The position numbers and the translations under genes were made by a program. A DNA stretch of 63,946 nucleotides, the filler included. It is 8 parts of 8 records of this genome, joined end to end, with 100 filler letters (N's around TTAATTAATTAA, not from the genome) between each part and the next. Parts side by side here need not be neighbours in the genome. Positions count along the whole stretch, not along the records: positions 17,132 to 24,097 come from SRR7504441_7485; positions 24,198 to 30,212 come from SRR7504441_7492; positions 30,313 to 42,052 come from SRR7504441_7493; 5 more parts are not named here. The stretch is one strand, 5' to 3'. The notes beneath the pieces were generated by a model. The model ran no database searches. It worked only from the letters and a program-made list of their open reading frames with translations, and was not told the origin of the DNA. Below, in pieces: positions 23,736-33,400 of the stretch (positions within the stretch are counted from its first letter, which is position 1; each line of letters begins with the position of its first letter).

Positions 23736-24066
23736 ATGGGTAACAACAACAAGCCGCAGCGGGGAGACAAGGAGGCCCCGCGCGAGCAGGAGGAGCAAGC
23801 CCGGCCGAGCGCGACCACCGCCACACCCAAGGACCCGGAGCCAGCGCTCGTGCCCACAAAGTTTGTCTGGCGGTATGGCGGCAGCGAAGTGCTGCTCACG
23901 GGTGGGCCGGGCCCCCGGGCCGGGCGAGCCGGGGCTAGGGAGTTTCTCTAACTGGCGAGAGAGCGTGGTGCTCAAGCCGTCGGAAGAGGGGGACGAGAAG
24001 TGCACAACCCTCAGTCTGGCGCCGGGGGCGTACGAATATAAGTTCATCGTGGACAATCAGTGGCGG
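23736..24066 (+). CDS. PRKAB: AMPK/SNF1 beta subunit, N-terminal part (CBM48 glycogen-binding domain); truncated by contig end
   Basis: MGN start (myristoylation-like). VPTKFVWRYGGSEVLLTG|SFSNW...LAPGAYEYKFIVDNQWR via a 37-nt intron at 23902-23938. Confidence 0.8.
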
Positions 24067-24097
24067 TGGGCGGGGGGGGGGGGGGGGGCGGGGGGGG

Positions 24098-24197
24098 NNN
24101 NNNNNNNNNNNNNNNNNNNNNNNNNNNNNNNNNNNNNNNNNTTAATTAATTAANNNNNNNNNNNNNNNNNNNNNNNNNNNNNNNNNNNNNNNNNNNN
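24098..24197. other. Artificial contig linker
   Basis: N44-TTAATTAATTAA-N44. Confidence 0.99.
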
Positions 24198-24299
24198 CAT
24201 TGCAACTGGTATAGGGTAAGTATTGTTTGTCAATCAGTTCCTCGAGATTGAGGTGATCATGATTTCAAGACTAGTGATTGACCACTAAAATAGGCGAGT

Positions 24300-27200
24300 C
24301 TAGTTGTGCGCTTGCTTTCGACTTCTGGCAGAGCGTCGTACATTCGGAGTTTTGATCCTTGAGACTGCGCCCGAAGTTCTAGGTGTTTTTGATTTGTGTT
24401 TGCCAGCTGAACTGTCGACCGACGGCTGCTCAACTACTGGACATGTGTCAACCTCCATTGTCAAAGTGGTGTCAATCACGTTTGAGATGTCTCCACCGCC
24501 AAGGCTCTTCCTGAGGACATTATCGCCACTAAGGCTCTTCCTCAATTTGCGCGGGCTCTCAGCGATGCACTCTTGGCTCTCCTGGCTGGACCGGAGCTCT
24601 GGTTGAGCGTCAGCGGGCTTGCATTCTCGCATTGGGCGCACCCGCTTCGCACTGGCTCTTGGGCTTTGTGCAACTGTCTTGTTCTCGTCTGGTCTGTTCT
24701 CTTTGGCTGATTCCGGCTTGGTTTGCTTGCGCCCCGCTTTGGACGGCGTACTGCCTGGTCGCCTGGCGCTCACCTTTGTGGACTTGCCGACCTTCTTGAG
24801 GTCCAGCGTCAATCGGTCAGTGTCCTCTGTCTCGAGTGCGTCTTTGTAGGCGAGCCCGTCGTACAGGAAGCTCCTCTGGTGCTCAAGCTCCCAGTTCTCT
24901 ATCTCTTGGCGCAGGAGCACCAGAAGCCTAGGATACCGCTTGGTGAACTGCTTTCGGAACTTTTCTTCTTCAAGGAAATTAAGCGAACTGCCCTTGAAAC
25001 GCCCCGCACTGTTCTCTGCGGCCTCTTCAAAAGTGCGTGCCTTGTTGAGCAGTGCTTCGCGCTCGTTGATGAGCTTGAGGAGAGACTCAAGAGACTTCTT
25101 AAAGGTTTCCATCTCAGTAACTTGAGCCTCCAGGAGCTCACTCCTCTTGAGGATGCAGTCGCACTCATCCACAGTCATGAAGAACATTTCTAGCGCGTCC
25201 ATTGTGCTGTGAGTCTCCTTGTACAGTTGGCTAAGCGCCTCACGCACCGGCTTCTCGCGCTCAACCAGCACGTCCCTCAGCAACTGGAGCTTGGTCTCAC
25301 AAGCCTGCGAGTCGCAGATTCGCAGTGAGCTGTGAGCCGAGATGAAGCTCTCGGCCCCGCTCTCAATTTCAAGCTCCGCAAGCTGATTGCTCAGCGCGCC
25401 TTCGCTCATTGCCTCGGATGCATTTTCGCCAATCCCAAACAGCTTCTGCACTGCTGACCAGGTGGCTGTGAGCCGAGCATGCAGCTTGGCCACCTCCTCC
25501 TCTCTGGCGGCTCGGATCATCGCCACGTCAGCCAGCTTGGTTTCGAGAGTCTGGACGGCTGCGTCCCCCAACCCAAGCACTTGGGCATCGTGCGTGGCGA
25601 TTGCGTTGTCGATTGGGTCTCCGCATGTTCTGTTATGGCCGACAGACTCCCAATCCTGTCTGATCCGAGTCATGAGCTCCCGGATCTGCGCGCTCCTCTC
25701 AGCCACCCTCTGGTTCAGCTGCTCAGCCTCCTGCTCCAGCTGCTCCAGCATGGCTTCGGTCATCCGGCTCTCCTGCGCCAATCGCTGGTCGGACAGCTGC
25801 TCGGCCTCGTCGGTTAGCTCGAGCTTTGTGAGTGCCGCCACTTGCAGCTCGACCAGCTGCTCGGCGCGGTTGGTCCGCTCTGTCAGCATGCCCTTGAGCC
25901 GCTCAGTCAGCTCGCCGAGCTGCCTCTGCATTCCGAGCAGCCCAGACTCTCGTGCTGACGCGAGCGAGGATTCGACGTCTCCGAGCTGATCAGCCACCGC
26001 CTGGGCTTCAGCCTCGAGCTCCGCACACAGCGGCTCCAGCTCGTGGCATTGCTGCTCGCGCGCCTGCTTGAGTTCTTCGATCACTGGCATGGCCAGCTTT
26101 TGGACAGCGGCACAGTCCACAAGCTGCTGCGCTCTAGAAAGCCCGAGACGCACCCAGATCGCCTGCAGCTCGCCGAGCGCGCTGTGCATCTCCGGGCACA
26201 CGTCGCTCTCAGGCAGAGCCAGATGTCCCGATGGCCCGTCTTCCACTGCAGCTTCAGGTGGCCCCTGCATGAGCACAGCCGGCGGTTCAGTCCGAGCCGC
26301 AGCATCTGCCCGGCCAAGATCAGCCAGCTCCAGCACCGGGCGGGACCGTCGGCTCTGGATGCACTGGTGGCCAGCTGCTGCGCGAGCTCGGTCCTGCGGC
26401 CAGTCAGATCAGCGCCTGGTCGAGCGTGCCTCTGCTGCTCTGCACTCTCGTACTGCTCCCTCAGCCCCGCGAGCGAGCCCTCCAGCTCTCGCATCCGGCC
26501 ACTCGCGTCCTGCGCCGCCTGCGCCCGGATCATCGGGCTGGCTCGGGGCCAGCTAGCCTGGACTGCCTCGTCCCGCTCGGCCCGGAGCTTGGCCACAAAC
26601 TCGGACGAGTCGGTCCAGCACGGCTTGAGCTCGGCCTGAAGCTCGGCCACCCGGCTCACCAGCTGGCTGTTCTCCCGTTTGATCCTGGCCAGCAGACCCT
26701 CGTTCGGGTCGTGATTGATCTTGGGCTTGTTCCGGATGTTCCGGGCCCTGCCATGGGTCTGTGAGCAGCCGGTGTTGCCCCAGCGAGCACCTGCACGCAT
26801 ACTCGAGTGTCGAGCGGGTCTCGGCTCGGTCAGCAGGCTCGGCCGACACGCAGGCTATGAGCACTGTGCGTGAGTTGCCCCCGAGCGAGTCCTTCAGCCC
26901 GGTCAGTCCCCCGGCTTGGGGTGGTCACCTGTAGGATCCTGGTGAGCTTCGAGTCCCGGTACGGCACGTGCGGCGCTCCCTCGACCAGCGCCAGGATCAC
27001 CTAGCGACCGGTTGCCCAGCCGGGGCCGCCCAAAGCACCTTGCCAATCACGAGCAGCCCAGAGTTGATGGTGATGGCCTCGCCCTTGGCTGAGCCGGTCG
27101 CCCCGGATCGCTCGAGCCTTTCGGAGCCGGCCAGGTCCACGCAGTGGAACTTTGAGACCTTGAACTCGTCGCTGTCGAGCGAGCGCTGCTCCATGGTGAT

Positions 27201-27955
27201 GGTCATGATCGCGTGCGACCGGCTCGAGTGCAGGTTCATCGCAGTGGAGGCGGTGGTCCGCTCGGCCATCCCGCGCTCTAGGCAGCCGTGCAGCCCGGCC
27301 GCATCGTGGATGAAAGTCTCGCGCGCCCCTTGCAGCTGGAGCTGTCCAGTGGCCACCTCCTCCACCACCTTGACCTCCTTCCCGCTGCTGTCGAGCAAGT
27401 CGCTGCCCCGAGCTCGCCAGCCCCACCGGCCGGCTCACCGGATCTTCTCGTTGTGGATCTCGACGAACGACACTCTGAGCACGTACTCTGACCGATCGCT
27501 GGTGGCCGCGATCCGAGCGAAGATGTCGTTGATGGCTAGAGGGATCATACCGCCATTGGCCGCCCACTGGCCGCCGGTGCCCATGGTGTACGTCTTGCCG
27601 GACCCAGTCTGGCCGTACGCCAGCACCGTGGCGTTGTACCCTTCGAACCATGACTCGACCAGCGGCTCGACGCACTGCTCGTACAGCACAACTTGGCCGA
27701 TCTCGGGCTCGAACGCTTGGTCGAAGGTGCCCTGCCACTCGCGGGGGCACTTGAGGCACGGCTCCAGCACAACTTGGGCCTTGTCGTTCTCCGCCGGCCG
27801 GCAGTGGAGCCCCGCGTTCTTCCTGCCGTCCTGCGGCGGGCGAACCTGCCGCTCGGAGTCACCCGGCCGGGCAGAGCCACCGGTCCCACCCGGACAGCCA
27901 CTTGGATGTTGTCGCAGTCGCCGGGCCGTTTCGACTGACCCAGATTGTCCGCCAT
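24300..27955 (-). CDS. Kinesin (kinesin-4-like) motor fused to a MAP65/Ase1/PRC1 domain
   Basis: Motor motifs [70 protein letters not shown] and YACRARNIRNKP (introns include 27846-27889, 27403-27438, 26748-26790). A 41-nt GT-AG intron (26306-26346) leads into ORF 24300..26336, which has LGELQAIWVRLG and GRFKG...FLEEEKFRK...PRL...L..EIENWE.EHQRSFLYDG plus a basic S/K/R/P tail. Confidence 0.85.
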
Positions 27956-28021
27956 TTTCACAAACGAATTTCTGAAAAATCAAGACGGTTTCAGTGCCTC
28001 CGGAGCCCAGGCGCAGACGCG

Positions 28022-28711
28022 ATGGATCGGCTGCCCGCGGACGCGCTGCAGGGGGTGCTCGGTCGGCTATTGCCGCGGGAGCTGATCAGAGCGGCCGGGG
28101 TCAGCCTGCACTGGCGCCGGCTCAGTCGCGCCACCGCTGATCGGCTGCTGGGCCGGCTGCCGGTGCTGGCGCCGGAGCTGTATCCTGTGGGGCCTTTCGA
28201 CGGGCGGAGCGCCACGGTCCGGCTGCAGCTCTACCGGGAGGCCGAGGCCCGGGCGGCCAGAGCGGCCTCGAACGGGCCCGGGATCGGATGGTGGACAGAG
28301 GAGCTACGCGGGTGCGTGCAGGGGCTCCAGGGGCTGCCGATCCGGGTGTGGGGCCCGATCGGTGTGGAGATCGAGCTGCTGGGCGACTCGTTCTGCCGGG
28401 CGATGGCGCTCCAAATGGTGGGCAAGCGGATGCTCCAGGGGTTCGTGGTCCGGGCCGGGCGGCAGCTCGAGCAGCTGGTGCAGCTCCGGGCAAAGTTCCC
28501 GCTGTATCTAGTGCCCGAACCGGACGATCAGGAGGACTTCGCCAGCCAACGGCCGCTGCTCAAGCCGGATCGCGGCTGCTGCTTCGCCGACTCGGTGTTT
28601 GGGAGCACCGCTCGCGACGTGATGTATGCTCTCAACTCGCACCGGAGTCTGTATCAAAAGGTCATCACAGTGCCGAATGCCGATACAGTCGCGCTAAGCT
28701 TGAACGTCTGA
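28022..28711 (+). CDS. F-box protein with a C-terminal segment resembling an SMC5/6 hinge
   Basis: MDRLPADALQGVLGRLLPRELIRAAGVSLHWRRL is an F-box pattern; downstream VWGPIGVEIEL...MVGKRMLQGFVV. Confidence 0.7.
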   Translation: MDRLPADALQGVLGRLLPRELIRAAGVSLHWRRLSRATADRLLGRLPVLAPELYPVGPFDGRSATVRLQLYREAEARAARAASNGPGIGWWTEELRGCVQGLQGLPIRVWGPIGVEIELLGDSFCRAMALQMVGKRMLQGFVVRAGRQLEQLVQLRAKFPLYLVPEPDDQEDFASQRPLLKPDRGCCFADSVFGSTARDVMYALNSHRSLYQKVITVPNADTVALSLNV

Positions 28712-28894
28712 CACATCCATAACGCATCAAATCTCCAGGCGTGGCGCCAGTTGGAGCGGCGCGTCACGCACAAAGTCACACAAACAGCATGAATGTACGG
28801 AAAAACATAAAACATACGTACGTGCACGTAGTAATATTGAGTGACAACCGCACGTACGTAGTGTATCTAGTACTGTATGCGCATAGACGCCGTA

Positions 28895-29756
28895 TCACGC
28901 ATTGTAATGACCTAGTATAATTTCATAGCGTGCTAATGTTACTCGTGAATTAGATGTTAAAACATTGAAGCGGCCTCGGACCAACTCCGTTGCAAGCCCC
29001 ACTGCACAGCTCAGTTGATCGGCTGCTTCACCACGGTTGTGGTCAAAGGGCCGTACTCCACCGTGCCATTCTGCCCGAGGCTCGCCCGGCGGCAGCGGGC
29101 TGTTCACCACGAACTTGGCGCCTCTGGCCCACTCGTGATCTGGCGGGCCGGGCACTGGGGCGATCGGGTAGGCCGGGACTTCGTACATGCACATCCCGTA
29201 GAACGCTGGGTTGCCACACCGGAGCGGCGCTGCCGGCCGGCTAGTGTCCCGGTTGGCCTGCGGCTCGGGTGGGCCGGGCCGGTGGCTGGGACGTACGTGG
29301 GCGCCGTGCGCTCTGAAGCCATCGTAGTAGGCCCGGTGGTCGACCACCTGAGACCGGTCGGCCCGAGCGGCGGGAGTTTGGCACCTGGGAGAACCCGGTC
29401 GAGCGGTTGGTCGGGGCGTCGTAGTGGGTGCCGGCCACCCGATCCACGTCCATCCCGCGGTATGGGTACCCGAACCCGAACTGGTTGTCCGGGGTGTACC
29501 GCGGGTGCGACGGCCCGTGGTACGGGTACCCGTGGAACGCGTGCGGCACCGGGGTGGCGTTGGGGTCCGGGTTGCCTGCGGGGCCATCGGCCTGCCCAGC
29601 AGCGAGCGTTCACCGGGGCCGCGGTACAGGGCGTGCTTCAATGGCTCAGCGCGGGCATCGAAGACGGCGGCATGGATGGTGGCCTCCTGGCCGGGGCTGA
29701 GCCTAGGCCCCGGCTCGGCCGCTTGCCTTGGGGCCAGGGGAAGGCAGCAGCGACAT
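28895..29756 (-). CDS. Small P/G/Y/H-rich protein of unknown function
   Basis: MSLLPSPGPK|EATIHAAVFD via GC-AG intron 29687-29726; further short introns link HAFHGYPYHGPSHPRY and HEWARGAKF segments. Confidence 0.55.
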
Positions 29757-29829
29757 CGAACCTGAAGTAACGGTCGCGACAAGCGTTGTGGCTGGTTGTG
29801 GCAGTGGCTGAAGACACGGTGCCAGGACC

Positions 29830-30212
29830 ATGAGCTCCATCGGCAGCCCCAAGATCGTGGCCCGGCGGTCGCCGCACGGGGTGGCCGGCGGGCGGGGTTG
29901 CGGCTGACGGGGCTGCAGGGCACCGCCGGGCAGGAGGCTATCCAGGTGCTCGACTCGCTGATGGCCGCCCAGGGCACCTCGCTCGAACAGATCTTCGCAC
30001 AGTTTGACGCGGACGACAACGGTGTGAGCGGGCCGGCCGGTGTGTGAGCGGGTGGAGGGATTTTGTTCTTCACCGAGTTCATCGAAGGGATGGAGCCGCT
30101 CGGGGCGTCCCCGGAGCAGTGCCAGGCGCTCTGGGACGCGATCGACACCGAGCGGCAAGGCAGCGTGCCGTACGGATCCTTCTACAAGATCCTGAGCGTG
30201 CTCACCAAGGTG
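29830..30212 (+). CDS. EF-hand protein, 5' part (cut by contig end)
   Basis: Introns 29881-29918 and 30022-30057 give IFAQFDADDNGILFFTEF and LWDAIDTERQGSVPYGSF, two EF-hand-like loops. Confidence 0.75.
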
Positions 30213-30312
30213 NNNNNNNNNNNNNNNNNNNNNNNNNNNNNNNNNNNNNNNNNNNNTTAATTAATTAANNNNNNNNNNNNNNNNNNNNNNNNNNNNNNNN
30301 NNNNNNNNNNNN
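30213..30312. other. Artificial contig linker
   Basis: N44-TTAATTAATTAA-N44. Confidence 0.99.
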
Positions 30313-30457
30313 GTCACCAACGGAAGGTCCATCTCAGCGGCCACCTGACAGCAGGTTGGTGTGCCAGCTGGGCGTTGCGGGTCGGATGGTTGGGGCCCCT
30401 GTAGCAGCCGGCCAGCCTGTAGAGCGGGCAGCTGGGTGAGCCAGAGGACTGGGCCGG

Positions 30458-33400
30458 ATGTTCGAGCGATTCCTGCTCAGTTTCCTCGAGCGCTGCCTCG
30501 GACGGTACGTGGACGTCCAAGGGCTTGACAGCAAGACCCTCGAGGTATCGGTATGGAAGGGCACGCTCGAGCTCGAAAACTTGCTCCTCCGGCCGCGCGC
30601 CCTGGTCTATGCCTTCGGGATCCCGTTCGAGGTCGCCCCTCCTCGCCCCCCGGCGCACCAGTGGGCCGCAGGTGCGCGGATCGATCGGAGTGCTCCAGCT
30701 GCACGTGCCCTGGAAGAGCCTGGGTAAGAAGCCGTTGGAGCTCAGGTGGGCCGTCGCCGGGCGCTGGCCTGAGCCGGCCGGGCAGACTCCGTGAGCTGGA
30801 GCTGGTGCTCTGCCCGACCTCGGTGAGCCCGGAGGAGCACGCTGAGTATGAGATGCGGATCAAGAGCAACCAGCTCGACCAGATAGAGCAGCAGGCATCC
30901 TCCACCCCGGCACTCGGCCGTAGCACCAGGCAGAGCCCGGGCTGGCAGGCACGGACCCAAGCCAACGCTGCGGCGGCCGAGGCCGAAGCCGCCGGGCTGC
31001 AGGCAAGCTCAGCAGACCGGGCTGGCGCTGAGCGCAGGTGGCAGGAGCGGCTGCTGGCCCGGTGCTTGGACTCTCTGGAAGTATCTGTGGAGCAGGTGCG
31101 AGTGAGGCTCGAATGGGACCAGCCGCGATTCTCTCTGGGGCTCACGATGGCGCGACTGACTGCCCAGACTACCAACGACCAGTGGGAGCCCACCTTTGTG
31201 GAGCCGGACGGCCCGAGGGTATTCAAACTGCTCAGGGTGACTGAGCTCGCGCTGTTTGTCAAGCCATCGCCCAGTGTGGTAGCCAGTTGCGCCCCTCACT
31301 AGGCCAACCAGCGGGCGGTAGGTGTGCGACGCTGGGTTGCTCCAGTGCCCCCTCTCTGTCACTGCGCGGGCCATGCTCAATCGGTCAGCGCCACTGGCTA
31401 AGCTCCGCATCACTGTGGGTGCAGCTCTGTCGGCAGTGTGCGGTACTCTGTAGAAGTCAAGCCGGACACCCACTTATCGCTGGTGCTATCGCTCAACCAG
31501 CTCAAGCGGCTAGTCACGGTGAGTCTAACTACGGCCGGCCTGTGAGGAGTTGTGTTAGGTCCGGGACTTCCTGCTCACAACCCAGCTGGCCCGGCCATTC
31601 TGCAAGAGCAAGCCGCAGCCCGGGCCCAAGCTGGCCCGCCGCCGCTGGAAGTGGGCAATCAAGTGCGTTCTGCAGCAGGTGCCGAGCTGCCGGCAGCCGC
31701 CCGAGCCCAGTCAGGTGAGTGCGCGCACTATCTGCTGGAAGACCCTCCAGCTCCGCCGAGTTGCCCGTGAGGAATACATACGACTGTACCGCAAGGCTGG
31801 CCCAGGCCGTCCCCCAGCTGAGCTGAGTTGTGCAGACGGCGGCTGTACCGTGGATCCCGCCGGCCGAGCGTGAGCTGTCGATGCTCGAGCAGCGAAAGTT
31901 TGAGAACATTGAGCGAGATCTCAGCCTGAATGACGTGATACTGTTCCGGAAGCTAGCCATCCGGACAGTTGAGATGGAGCGCTCCAGGTAATCGGCAGCA
32001 GCAGCGTGTAGATGAGAAGCGGTGGCAGGTTTGAAGAGATCGAATCGAACCGCAAGTGGTACAACCGAGCCCTTGGCACCTCGAGCAAGAAGCACGCGGC
32101 TGCAATGGAGCTCAACAGGGTCGAGCAGGCCGCGCTACAGGAGTGGGTTGCCGAATTTGTGGAGGAGGCCGAGACTACTGTGGCGCGCAACTCGATGGCA
32201 ATCACTCTGTCGATGCCTGCAGTGCAGACTGATCCTGGGTTGGAGCCGTGCTCGTGTAGCTTCCAGGTGGCTGAGCACAGCACCTAGCAGGCCAGCCCAG
32301 GACCACAGGTGCGGACTCAGCACGCTGTGGCGAGTTCAGTTCTGGCATCGATCCATCTGGGCACAGGTTCAGCCGCTGGCTGCTCGACTGTGAGTCGGTT
32401 TGCAGTGGCGGGCTCGATCCTCTACGGTAACGATGGCGCATGGGAGCTCGTGTTTGGCTGCTCCAGGCGTGTGGAAGCCCTGGGCTGGAATTGACCGTCG
32501 GCATTGCAGTGCATGGATGCTGGACTTGCGGAGTGAGAGCACCGAACCGGTCAAGGCATAATCGAACCCCATCAAGTCAACTAAACCTGGCTGCAGGTGA
32601 TGTCATGTGCACCAACCAGTGTCAACCAGCCCAACTCCATCAGGCTGACCTGCAGATTGGGTGCTGTCTCTGCGGTGCGAGTGCGCTTGGGAGGGTGCTG
32701 ACTGGCACTTTGTAGCCTGGACAGGCCCAGGCAAGTTCGATTAACGTCACTGTACACTCCCCAATTCGAGTCGTTATAGATTTGTCGCTGATGCGAGAGC
32801 TCGAGCAGTTCCGGCCCCAGCCTCCCCCTCTAGCATTAGACTTTGGGCGGCCCCAGGACTACGACTTGGTCGACACAGAAGGACCTGCATCAGAGCTCCA
32901 TGTGAGCATCGAGCAGTTGCTGATGGTTGTAAAGTCCAAAAGCGACGATGAGTTAAGCACGATCATCCAGCTCGACCAGCTGTCTGCAGGTGCTGCCAGC
33001 GCTGCAGCACCTGAAGACAGCTGGCCAGGCTCGAATCAGCTCACTCAAGAGGAACAAGAGGAGGTATTTGGGAAGTGCGCAATGCGACAGCATGCCACAG
33101 AGTATCGCCAACAGTATACAGCAGAGGTTGGTTTGGTCTTGCTTAATTTGGGCAACGTGTGTTGACAGGTAGGTTCTGCGTCGCTCATCACCGTTAGAGG
33201 CGAACACAGTGGCTCGGTGATCGAGCCCTTGGGCATCACTGCTCACTTGGCTCTGCTCAAGAACCGGATGTGGCAGGCAGACCAATTTTAGCTATCTGGA
33301 CTGTGATTGACCCGATGCTCTTGTCAGTGTCGAATCGCGGTCTCTGAGGATCGACCAGTGAGCATACAGCTGCAGACCTTCGACCAAGTCAGCGCCCTGG

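Noticed and set aside
24066-24097. Poly-G run as a G-quadruplex or telomere
   Set aside because: It sits at a contig end right after a likely GT donor; most simply a G-rich intron or low-quality sequence that broke the assembly.
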